Source: Schizochytrium sp. TIO01
Lineage: Eukaryota; Protista; Bigyra: Labyrinthulomycetes
DNA: 64,000 nt
Direction of reading: 5' to 3'
Assembly (NCBI GenBank): GCA_004764695.1
Contig: SMSO01000031.1
Span: forward strand, 9,530,761 to 9,594,760
Shown piece after piece: positions 23,375 through 35,039 of this stretch. Made by a program: the position numbers and the translations under genes. Position 1 is the first letter of the stretch. Each line of letters opens with the position of its first letter. The notes beneath the pieces are model-generated. The model saw only the letters and a program-made list of their open reading frames with translations. It did not search any database and was not told where the DNA came from.

Positions 23375-25658
23375 CGTCAATCTTTTTTTAATGAAAGGGT
23401 GCCTTGCGGATTAAAGACAAGAGCTGTTGCTCGCTTGCCTATGCCTTATTTGATGCAGCCAGGCGAGGCGTTTGGGTTTTGCTTTCTTCATTTTCCGCAG
23501 CTGCGTGGCTAGAAATTACCCTTTCTTTCTGTTTATTCGGAAGTTGCATACCGCGGACGACGCAGGGTCTAAAACATGATCTAAATATTTATTGCAATCC
23601 CACGTTTGCCTTCATTTATATCTTCGAGGGGGGGGGGTCTTGTGAGAGATCTCCATTGCGTCCGCACCATCCGATCGATTTGAGACTTACAAATGGAGAT
23701 GTCCCCTCATGCAATGAAGCCAAATTGGGACAACCGCTCTGCGAAGGCGTCCTTTAAGATCTTGAGGACTAGTCTTGCCGACTGGATGTATTTATGCAAT
23801 GCTTCTGCTTTCATTCTGCTCCACATTTAAAGGACGCCACGAAGCTAAAATTTGACTCTGACCAGTTTTCTCTGGACATAATCTATGTGCCTGCTGCTCC
23901 TTCTACTCCTCCTCCACGACACCTTCGCCGCGAGTGTTCAACCACTAACCGCCTCGTGCCGCTGCTCAGAAGCTAGCCTCTCATCCACCAGTCAGTGAGT
24001 TTAGGCCAAGCATGCAGCACAGCACATGCACGATTCGCCACAGGGCAGAAATTTAGATCCTGCAGGTCTTGGAGGCATTTGGGACTTCTTCCTAATACCT
24101 TGGCTTTCACATTCTAAAACACATTCACTACCTCTCCCCTCTTCGTCAACCATGCGGCAATGCTCTCCTCAACACAAAGGCTCCGCGTGCAAGAGGTTTC
24201 GAGTTTCCTTTCGGGCCCTGCTTGCTTCTAGCGCGTCCTTCGAGCCGCAGCGGCCCCTAAACTTTGGCAAAGCTCGACACCTCCACGGCGCCGTGCATGG
24301 TCTAAACTGCCGCCACACTGGCCAGTGAGCTCGTGACTGTCTTGGAAGCTTTGCTCACGCGTATGCTCCAAAAGGACTTATCCGCTGTTGCATCTGTTGC
24401 ATCTACACTTAGGCTGGGCAGCTGCTCTTAGTGCCACTCAAGCTGCAGCACAAGCCCGAGCTTGCAGCTATCGACGGCAAAGCAGAGTCCAGGCTCGACA
24501 AAAGCATGCCAGAATTGGAGAGCATGCTCATCTTGTGTGGGCCATGAGCCTGTTGTCTGCGCTGATGTCCACCTTTATAAACGAGCCATGGCCAAATGCC
24601 ACAGGTCGTTGTCGCTCACTATACCATAAATATTCTGGTAAAGTAAAGTAAACTGAAGTAGAGTCAATCGAATGGCGCTGCTTGGAAAGCAGCCAACTCT
24701 GCGGCTGTGTCAAGCTGCAAGTGGTTGGGGAACCCACCTTACTGGCCAACTGGCTACTTGTGGCGCGGCCTCGCTTGGTCTGAAGATTCCACGGTCGGTC
24801 ATTGGAAGGCAGAAGCCGGCGATCTTGAAGAAAGAACTGCTTGGAAGGAAGCTCCTCATCAAGTCAGACCATCTATACCTATGTAGGTAACCTGCTGAGA
24901 CATTTTTAACCTCATTTAAAAAAACATATATATTCTATTTTAGAAAGAAAGGATGATGATACACGTCATAAATATGGAGTGTAAGGAGTAGGAAGTAGCT
25001 CTAAGCAATGATTTACTGCACCAAACGAATTCATTCGATTGACAATGGGAATTTTGATTGCACTATTTTTCATTTTGAGATTAAAATTAACTTGTCGACA
25101 GGCTCTGTCAGATGTGGTCAAATCAGCTAATCTAGTAACGTGTTGGTCGCAATGGATGGATGTCCCGACGAACGACAGTGTGGGTGGCCAGCTTTGATTA
25201 ATCTAACTCAACTCCGTTGGCATCAACTATGGTTAGAAGTTGAGGTGACTATGTCGAAGTCAATGAATGAGCAAAGTGAAGAGGTTGGAGATATATGAAC
25301 TACGATGGTTGGTTTGTTATAGGGAACTTAGTTGTAGCTAATTTTAGTTTGACTTGAAAAGAAAGAAAACCTACGGCGGAGGATAGATATCCATCCAGAA
25401 AGGTAAATCATCGGACGAATGGCTTGGCTCTTTCATAAAGAGCGACGCATTGCAGTTGTCGCTTCTTCTTCTTCTTCTTCTTCTCCTGCTAACTCATGGC
25501 GAGAACGAGAACCTTGGATTTTACTACTAGTACAACATTGTATGGTGCAAGAAGACCTGCTGTGTGGAGCACGAATCAACCGCAATGCAAAAGGCGGGAG
25601 AGAGTACGCTGCTCGCTAGGACGCATGTCTATGTGCTTATTTGATTTTGAAGGTGGAC

Positions 25659-27872
25659 TTAAAACGTGAACTCTTCGGCGTCGATGATGAACTTTACATG
25701 GCCGCGGCGAGATGCAGACGCTGCAGCACTTCGGGATGCAGCAACAAGACTGTCCGGTCCACACAAAGAAACACCAGCAGTGACAGTCTTTTCTCCTTCT
25801 TGCATCTTTGAAGACAGCTGCTCGAAAACAATCTTCAGATCGGGGCGCTCTTGAGTTACAAAGACTTGGAAAGAAGGAGGAGTGCTGTTGTTGTCCCCAA
25901 ACTCCATGGAGGGCATGCGAATCTTGCTGGCAATCTGAGACAGACGATCTGGGAGAACCCCGTGGGATCTGGCGAAGGAGAGGAACGACAGAAGCAGAGC
26001 GGCTGCAATAATACCAGCGAAACAAACCAAAAAGTAGATGCAAAGCATTTCCATGCGGATGAGGCCAAAGTTTTCGTCTTTGGACGTACTTGTCGGCAAA
26101 ATGCTGACAGCCCAGATGTATCCATAAAACATGATCAACGAGGCGATGATGGTAATAAATCCCTTTGCTAAAGGTGAACTAAAGTGTGTCTCAAAACGCT
26201 GAATAGTGCCATTGGTGGAGAGGTACCAGTCAGTCGATCCTAATTTGTTGCCACCCTTCTCAGTATCAACTACGACGTTTTCACCGTTTTCAGTGAGATA
26301 ACCAGCTCCATTTTCTGGGCCCTCTGTTGCATCACCACTGCTGTCTGCAGAAACAAATTGCCCACCATCACCAGAGTATTCATCGTCTTTGCGAGTAATG
26401 AATACCTGAATGTCGGCTCCACGCTGAGCCAGATCCTTGAGACACTTAAAATGCTGATCCACGAAGGCTTGCTTAGTTACGAACCAGCGCATGGCTACCT
26501 GTGAGAAAGCAGAAGATTGCAAAGCAGCATCGACAGCAAGCGTGTGCGCCGTAATTCCAATTCCACCACACACAAAAACAGCTGAGTCGTTTGCGAGATA
26601 ACCATTGTGGCGTGTATGAGTGCCACCAAAGGGTCCATCAAGGCGAAGGCTTAACACCTTGCCGGCCTTGGTCATTTCTCCGACACGAGTTGACCAGTTA
26701 CCACTTTGACGAATGAAGAAAATTACAGAGTGGTTCTCTTCACTCACCTCGGCTACACTAATTGGGTGCCACTCAAGAACAGCAGCTTCCTTAATGTTCA
26801 TGTGAAACCACTCACCGTGGCGCGGAAGAGGAGAGGCCTTATCAAAGGCAATTTCAAGCTTCGTGCATGCTGTTTCATCGTTTACACTGTAATGAAGCAC
26901 AGAGCATTCGCGCTTACGACGCCAGAGAGAGATGACCTTGTCCACCAGGTAAGTGGCAAGACCCATGAAGAGAAAGTAGAGGCTTTGGATGTCATGAATA
27001 ATTCCGAAGAGGATGAACATGAAAGCAAGAATCACATGAGAGTAGTAGAAAAGCTGGTATGAGAAACGGCGAACGATAGGCATTGAGAAGACGCAAAGTC
27101 CGATACCTGAACACAAAGAAATTTGACCAAAAATGTTCATGCGAATCAAATAGGTCGAGCAATAGGAGTCGTCATCCTCATGCAGATCCCAGCCCATGCA
27201 GTTATAAAGGCTGCTTTCCATAGTATACGTCACAATCATAAAGAGTCCGTGCAAAAGGACACAGAGTACGGTAAGCACACCAAGCCAACGATGGATACGC
27301 ACGGCACGCTCAAAGCCAACATCAAAAAGCTCAAGCCAGAATGAATGCTTTGAAACAGGAATGAGAAGCATGGAGAAGTTAACAGCGAATCCCATAGCCA
27401 ATGCGCGACTAATTGCAAAGTAGTACCTGCTCTCTGACCAACGACCACTTGCGACATTCTTGGCCTTGTAGTTAACATAGTACTGGTACATTGTGACAGC
27501 TTGGAGTCCAAGCCAGATAATCATAGAGAGGATTTCGATTACAGCCATCGAACCAATGAAGGGAATTTCAAACGTGTACCATTTCATCTGAGCCCATCGC
27601 CCCCAAGTGTAAGTGCCAGCTTCGTTGCGACGGGACGCAAGGTGCAATGCTGTAGCAAAACTGCCAATACCAGTAAAAATCAACAGGTAGGCAACCATGC
27701 CAGACGAGTGACTGAGATCATCGACACCAAGAGCATCGTCAAGGACACCAACACGATCACCACCTTGAAAAATCATACAAATAAGGCCAAAGATAAAGCA
27801 AGCGACAGCACACAGTCCAAAAAAGGAGCTGACGCTGTCAGCCAGCATACGTGTAATGACGGACTCGCCCAT
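25659..27872 (-). CDS. Ferric reductase-domain flavocytochrome b, copy 2 (intact, with an acidic insertion in the NADPH-binding domain)
   Basis: Contains HRWLGVLTVLCVLLH, HVILAFMFILFGIIH, EWHPIS, DGPFG, CGGIGIT, LCGPDSL and the terminal EEFTF. Confidence 0.95.
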   Translation of the reverse strand: MGESVITRMLADSVSSFFGLCAVACFIFGLICMIFQGGDRVGVLDDALGVDDLSHSSGMVAYLLIFTGIGSFATALHLASRRNEAGTYTWGRWAQMKWYTFEIPFIGSMAVIEILSMIIWLGLQAVTMYQYYVNYKAKNVASGRWSESRYYFAISRALAMGFAVNFSMLLIPVSKHSFWLELFDVGFERAVRIHRWLGVLTVLCVLLHGLFMIVTYTMESSLYNCMGWDLHEDDDSYCSTYLIRMNIFGQISLCSGIGLCVFSMPIVRRFSYQLFYYSHVILAFMFILFGIIHDIQSLYFLFMGLATYLVDKVISLWRRKRECSVLHYSVNDETACTKLEIAFDKASPLPRHGEWFHMNIKEAAVLEWHPISVAEVSEENHSVIFFIRQSGNWSTRVGEMTKAGKVLSLRLDGPFGGTHTRHNGYLANDSAVFVCGGIGITAHTLAVDAALQSSAFSQVAMRWFVTKQAFVDQHFKCLKDLAQRGADIQVFITRKDDEYSGDGGQFVSADSSGDATEGPENGAGYLTENGENVVVDTEKGGNKLGSTDWYLSTNGTIQRFETHFSSPLAKGFITIIASLIMFYGYIWAVSILPTSTSKDENFGLIRMEMLCIYFLVCFAGIIAAALLLSFLSFARSHGVLPDRLSQIASKIRMPSMEFGDNNSTPPSFQVFVTQERPDLKIVFEQLSSKMQEGEKTVTAGVSLCGPDSLVAASRSAAASASRRGHVKFIIDAEEFTF

Positions 27873-29334
27873 TTTATTTTTTTTCGAGTTGATCCTCCCT
27901 CTTCAGGGTTGGAGTTTTTTGTTTGGGTTTTGAGTTTTGGATTTGCTATTGCCCGCGTTTTGAGAATCAAGATGATTTCCTTTGCCGTCGCCTCAACAAA
28001 ATTTTCAATGAGCCACTCTAAATGTTTTAGTGACGCTAATGGTAGTATTCAACTTGCACTACCACTTGTCACTACGGCTCCACTAGTGAGCGCTGCGACT
28101 TCTGCATTCCAATCAGTCAACATTTCTCCTTTTAAAATCGTCAAGCTAGGCTTGACTAGGTAGGTCGGTCCGTAGGAAGTCGTGTACTCTTTGCTACAAT
28201 TCGCATCTCGATCTTGCCCGCAACGATGTAGTTTTCCTACCAATTGATTGATTTACTTTGCATGCTCTTGACTTCAATCGTGATCTCGAAGCAGGACTAT
28301 CTTCCCGGACTTCTTCTTCCTCTGGTTCTCGCAAATCTTCTCGCAAATGCTCTGCAAAGCCCATCGATCGCGGGCCCATCAAGGAGGCACAACAGCATTC
28401 ATTACAATGGTCGCAGCAGCTGCAAGTATCGATCAGGAAGCAGTCGCCGACTGTTTCTTTTCATAGTTCCATGCCAGAGCAGCAGCCTTAGGAGCGCCGA
28501 ATCCTCAGGCTCCCTCTCGGAACCGTTATCTACCAAACCAAGATTTAGGAGCCCTGCACGCCTACCAAGCTGACAACAGGTCAGTCAGCAGTCGGCCAGC
28601 CAGCCAGCAGGCCGGCTCGCTCTCTGCTGGTGTTCTGTATTTGCACCCTGGGCTGCCAGCAAGAGGCAAGCTGTACCAGCCGGTGGCGGCTATGACGGGA
28701 AGTTGGTCCAAGTTTTTCGGGCGCTGCTCAGGTTTCTCAAATTGGCCATTGCAATTGCATTCGCCTCATTTTGATGGTTGATTGATTTTACTTTAAAGGC
28801 ATACGCTGTTCCTTTCTCTAGTTATTAAGATGATAATAATAAAACCATAATAATAAAATTAAAAATAAAACACTAAAACGGGATTTTACTTACTTCGAAA
28901 TTCCCTTTCCTACCAGGTACCACCTTGCTTGCCTAGTACGTCACTACACATATTAGAATAGTCACAATTATAATTACTTTAATTCAAAAGACAAAACAAC
29001 CACGAAGCAACAACAACAACAACAACAGACACAGTGAGATCGCATATGCAATACACCCAAGAAAAGGCGAAAGGTTTTCAAGATCTTCTTTGTTGATGAT
29101 CTTCTTCTCAATTTCCTGAAAAGGGGCGACTCCTAGCGGTGTCGTAGCTGGGTCGTAGCGAGAAGCCACCCTAGTGACGGCCCACTTTCGCGATCCAGAG
29201 GGTCAACGTTGAGTCCCAAGTCACATAGATTGGTGCCGAGTGGTCGACGCGCACTAGGATATCTATCATCTCGCTGCCACCCGTTTACGAGCCCTCGCTT
29301 CGCCCACGAAGGGCGAGACACGATCAAATAGCTG

Positions 29335-29366
<32 letters not shown>

Positions 29367-29568
29367 GTCAGTCATTTCCAAGCCAGCATATGCTGCGAAA
29401 ACAACGTTTGCGGAGGGAGGTCTAAATGCCAATGCGACGAGAAAACTTGGGCCTTTGATTTCGTTTAAACAGAGGGTTTGTTTTAAAGGCCGACTTTCAT
29501 TGAAAACTCGAGAGCGCTGAACGGCGGAGTAACCAACAGTCGCCTCGACTGCAATGGGAAACAATAAG

Positions 29569-29657
29569 AAAAGTAAAGTAAAGTAAAGTAAAGAATGCGA
29601 AAGAAAAGAAAAGAATGCGAAAGAAAAGTAAAGTAAAGTAAAGAATGCGAAAGAAAA
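29569..29657. repeat. Compound A-rich repeat (AAAGT)n / AAAGAATGCG
   Basis: Read directly; three AAAGAATGCGAAAGAAAA units are interleaved with AAAGT runs. Confidence 0.8.
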
Positions 29658-32463
29658 CCAAACGTCGAGACTCCTCGAGAGCCAAGCAAACAAGCACCCA
29701 AGAACGAACGCTTCACTTGCCACGAAGGAGAGGTCCTTCGCGGCCGCAATCAACCGAAGCAAACCAGCCGCACCAGGTCGAGAGGCACGGCCCATACACC
29801 GCTGCTGCTGCTGCTTATGCCGGGCACTGCATTCGCGCAGAGTGCTTCAACTTCAACTATCGCATTCTCGCAAGGTATAAACTTTCAATATCTGTTTTAT
29901 TTGCTGATTCAAACTAAGAAATATTCCACTGGCCTTCTTTCAAAGCGAGAACCGCCAAGTGTGGGGTGTGATGCTGTGTGGGGTCATTACAGTGCCAGCT
30001 TCCCCGCAGTCAGGGAAGAGGGGGTGTGCACTCGCAATGGCATGGAGGTTACTTGCAGCCATCGTGGCAACTCCAGTTATTGGCGTCATACGCTTTGGCG
30101 ACTCCTGTGAGAGGGCGGAGAGGTTCCCAAGGCTTCGCGCAGCCAGCCGCTCAGCTGGTGCATTCAGCGAGACCAGATAAGGCTCGGCCCGCACGCGCCA
30201 CCTTCCCGCGATGGGGGGCGAGGTGCTAGACGAAGCTGCCGGGAAGAGGGGCGGTTGCGGGTTCCCTAAGCGTGGCGGCGCGCTCTTCGAATTGGGACTG
30301 TGGGTGATTCGAGTGACCGCCGACTAGCTCGGTCAATCACCCAAAAGCGAAGAGTTCAATGAAGTTCTAGCAAAGCAGGAATAAGTGGGTGCTCAGGAGC
30401 TTACATTTGCATCTCTGCAGACAACAAGTAGCCCTCGTGATCTTCCGAATGGTTTGTATGCATGTATGTATATGTATGTATATGTATACACATGCCTCTA
30501 TACTGTGCTGCTAGTCTTCTCTTGTTTTTTCTTTCTGGTTTTCTGTGTTTGTCGATAGATATCTAGATAGATGGGTTCGATTTATTTTTACTTAGGATTA
30601 TTGAAAAAAAATTATTTTATTTTGGTATTTTATTTTAAACTGTTTCTACGCATAACATGAAAAACGGAAAATGAGAAAAGGTAAAAGAATGATAGAATCG
30701 AGGGCAAGTTTCAAGTACTTACCAAGTGGAGAAGTGAGTAGGATGGTAATCTTTCGCGAAATAGCGATCTCGTGCAACCCATGGCTTTGATAAGCTTGGA
30801 AATCTGTATTTTTAAAGTTTAGAATAGTATGCCGAGGTGAATGAGCATAGCAGCGATAATGATAACAGTCATTTCAATCAGTGAAGAAACAGCGCTCTGC
30901 CGAAGTAAAAACCCAAACATAGCTGGCGACTCGGTAGTAGCAGATTACAATGCTTCTTCTCCTCAAGACATGCATCACCATCCGTGAAAGAAAGTCTTTC
31001 CCACCGCGAGAGAGAAAAGTACAAACAAGGTCCAGAATTTTCCAAGATGGAATCTCATTTCCCAGTTTCTAAGTTTCTGACTCAAGCCATCCACTTGAGC
31101 AGCTATCAATCTTAATCGACGTCATGATCCGCAACTTCGCCCGAAAGAAACCCGCGAGGCCAACTGTCACCAGCAATTGAGCAAGCCTGGATCCATTGCC
31201 TTGCAGTCATGCCATGCCATCGAGCCCTAAATTTTGCATGAAAATGTACTTACACTCTAGCATGGAAGTTCTCTCGCAAGCTGCTGCATTTTGCGTAGAT
31301 CGAAACGAGACAGATTTACTTAGAAATGGCTGAGCGCCTCAGCAACATTATCCGCCTCCTTGGACGTGCTCACATCAGTGCTGAAGATTTGGCAACCAAC
31401 TTGAAAGTTGCATTGGCTTGTTTTCAGGTAGATTGGTGCTTTGAGAGGTTTTCTTGAAAACTGAATAAGGAAAAGGTAAAACAAAAGAAACAGAAAATAC
31501 AGGAAAGGGGAGAAAGGAAACGAGAAAGATATCTTCCGTCTTTCTGGCGTTCATTCCAAGACGTGGAACTGCAAGAATCGGTGTCCAGGGGCTCGAGGCG
31601 CATCAAGTAAAGCTAGCAAGCCAGAGCCTACTAGACGGGGATAACTGCAGACCATCGTTATCTCAACCAGTTTAGTATCTGCGAATGCATGCTGATGACG
31701 CGGAGTGTATCGCGCCTCGGCATTTTATTATCTACATTAGCCAGCGAATCGATTGCTAACGTATTCTTTCATTTTCCATTTCCCATCTCTTTTTTTTCTT
31801 TTTTTTTCCCTTTTCGCGAAAAGGAAAAAAAAAAAAGTAAACTTTGATTACACTGTCCACCCTGATCTCAATTTGAGTAGCACGCGCGCCACTCGTTCGT
31901 TTCCAAATAGATACCTACCTGCCTTAGCACGAAACTACTCTTCCCGTTGACTACGCAACAACCAACCATCATGACATGATGCATCTGCCATCACAGGCCA
32001 GGCCGAAATAACACACAGGAGACATTTCAATTCGATTTACTATCATTGTCCATCATTCATAATATTTTATTAAAAATATATATATTAAAAAAATGCAATG
32101 CAATCGATACATAAGTAACTAACTATCCAAACTCTTTTTAAAGAAAGCAAGCAAAGCCGAGCCTTAGGAGCCTTCGTCTGCGCTCCCTCGCGCCCGGTAT
32201 CATCTCGCTTTCCAGCACCTCGACTCCAGTCATAGAGGCCACCTCGCAGCAGAGAAGCAGAGCTCCAGAAGCCCGGAGCGACCGGTGTTCCCAAGGTAAA
32301 ACGAAGAAGTCTGCCAAATTCAAGCAAGAAGTTCAAGACCAAAAATCTAAAGCCAACCTTGCGTACAGCCTCAAGCGGCCCTCGTGTATTTCCCCGCTCG
32401 CTCCAGCCGCCGCTGCTTGTCTGGTCTTCCCTGAAACGCAGCGTCGATAGGTTCCAGACGGTT

Positions 32464-32680
32464 ATGCAATGATTTGCAATGCAATAGTTTCCAATGCAAT
32501 GCAATAATTTGCAACCTAATGATTTGCAATGCAGTAGTGCAATGCAATGCAATAATTTGCAGTTCAATGCAATGCAATGCCATGATTTGCAATGCAATGG
32601 AATGACTGCAGTGCAATGATTTGCAATGCAATGATCTGCGATTTAATAATTTGCAATGCAATCATTTGCAATGCAATGGA
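32464..32680. repeat. Degenerate TGCAA-based minisatellite (15-bp unit ATGATTTGCAATGCA mixed with TGCAA pentamers)
   Basis: Read directly; it produces the spurious LQIIA/LHC repeat ORFs on the minus strand. Confidence 0.9.
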
Positions 32681-35039
32681 ATCGCTGTGCTGATAATTCC
32701 CACGAAGCGCCACCTTCACTCCGCCACCATGTTTTCGGAAGCTGGCGCTTGGATCTTTCGGCGTGGAAGTGAGCAAAAGTCCGAAACGAGTGCAGAGGGG
32801 CGAAGAACTAACTAAGTTCTTCCTTCCAGGCTATGCAGCGCAGCAGAAACCGGCCGCTTTGGCCTTCTGAATCGACGCCGTCGAGCGGGAACCTCGATCG
32901 ATCACATTCCTCACGACTTGGCGCTCGATCTCCGCGGCCATTGGGAGGTCTTAAAGATCACTCGCGCAACTCTAAGGAGCAGCAGCGCAGCATCAGCCAT
33001 TCCCAGATTCGCTCCAGAGATGGACTTGTTGGATGTATATCGCGATCGAGACCGCGGCGACGAAGCATATACATGCATGCATGCATGCATGCATGCATAC
33101 ATGTCACGCTTGGTGATCGGGGAGGGAGGAGTGGCGTTAGACACGATGCATGCTCGAGCACCCACGCAGAGCAAGCAAGCAAGCTCTTAAGCGTGCCAAC
33201 TCGCAGGCGTTTCACTGGACTGCCACGGAATTGTACCTCAGACGATCGGCGAGAGATCGCGCTGGCTGCGTTAATGTGCTGCAGTTGCTGCTGAGCTGCC
33301 ATTCATTCATTCATTCATTCAGACTGACCGGCACGCCGCGACGCCAGCATGCGTGGCAGAAGAAGGCCATCAAAGTTTGGGCTAGACCCTAGGGGATTAC
33401 AGCGAAGAACCAATGAAGCAAACCAGTGGATGGAGCAACAGATTATTGACTTACTTGCGGAGCATGGCCAACCAGACCGACCTGGGCCAACCGAGCATGG
33501 AGGAATCCTAAACCTCAGACTCCTCGGTGTGGCTGGGTTTTGTGCACGCTTTATGCTCGGCGTGCAGTCGTTTCGAGGATGCTTCGATCAGCAACTCGTC
33601 TCAAGCAAGCTCCTCCTCTCAAGCAGCTCGCCCGAAGGAGCTGAGTCTGCACAAACGGGCGAGCTTCGTTCAACTAACAGTCATCGACATGGCAGCGAGT
33701 GATGCCTCGACGGCAGATCGAAGCAAGCACTTCGTTCATTACCTATGCCGGTTTAGGTTGGGCGTCGATCGTTCCTCAGCCGCAGCTTGCTTTCTCCAAC
33801 TCGGTCTCTGGCAAACGGCAAATTGCTGGCTGTCGTAGGCACGATTTCATGATTTCACGACGACGAAGCGGCAACGGCCTCCAGGTCGGCTTGGCTAGCT
33901 GCTTTGCACGGGCGATGGCAGTTGAGCGCCGCCCTTGAGCCCTTAATGCATTGCTCTCTTTGACATTGACTGTGGCTGTCCTAAGCCCAGGCAGGCCAAC
34001 CAATCCGCGGCACGAATCGCGTGGGTGAGAACAGCGTTGGTTCACCCACGAACAGAGATCCCTGCAATGTGCTCTAGCATCAGGCGCGAGAAGAGGGCGA
34101 GAGCGACGCCCAAAGGTTTGCTTTCAGCTATGGAAACGACTCGGTGGCAGGCACCGCGAACTGGCCATTAAGGTGGCCACCAACCAACGGTCGCCAATAT
34201 TTGGGGATACCACCCACCTGATGAGCGGTTGTCCGTACAATCTTTCAACTTTGTATGTGTGCGCGTGCGCCTTTGAAGTCGTGCGAGGTCCTGGTCTCAG
34301 GGGATCGAAGGTAGCCGAGGCCGGCGTCTTTCAGCTCCAGCGTCTTCCAGAGTAGACGAATCCTTCTCTGAAAACCATCTCGAACAGGAAATAGAAGACC
34401 GCAGACGTTGAGCTGATTAGTTCTTTCGGTGCCGAACAAGGTGGTCTTGGCAACTTGAACTACTGAGAGCGAGCAGGCTTTAAGCTCGAGCAGGCTTTAA
34501 GCTCGAGCTTGACAAGGTCCAATGGACTTTTTGTTGACTCTGAATTTAACTAATTGTTATCATGCACGACGAACTACGATCAAAGGCTGAAGCCATTCAT
34601 AACCACAAAGTGGTATATCGAATCATTCAACCATAAATCGATACTTGTGCGCAGCAGTGATAATTCTAGGGCGAATAGTTTCTCGGGATAGTGGCCGACT
34701 CTAGCTAGCTCTAGCTCAGCTAGCCATATACTTGCGAAACGCTTTTTGCCTCTATTATGGGTTCTGCAGAGCGGTTGAATAGCCGAGTGACCTAAATCTA
34801 AAGTAGGATCAAAATCACGGATACGAGTACGAAATCTCATACATTAAGAACGGGAATTCATGCATAATGCACGTTCTGGGAAGTGACATTAAAATCACGA
34901 AAAGTCTTCCGGTGTACATGGAATATACTTGATTTTTCCTGTTTTAATCTAAAAAGGAAAAGGAGTGACCAAAAGGGCGAATGGAAATGTAAAAAAATTC
35001 TCAGAAATTAAATCTATCTATCGTGACACAGTAATTCGT

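Noticed and set aside
32085-32815. Cys/His-rich LHC/LQIIA repeat ORFs that could look like a metallothionein
   Set aside because: They are products of the TGCAA minisatellite, open in several frames, mostly with non-ATG starts.
33072-33098. (CATG)n run resembling plant IDE1 CATGC iron elements, and TGCACCC (Aft1-like) at ~28642
   Set aside because: Tetranucleotide repeats are pervasive in this window and a single heptamer is expected by chance. The cognate factors are specific to plants or budding yeasts.
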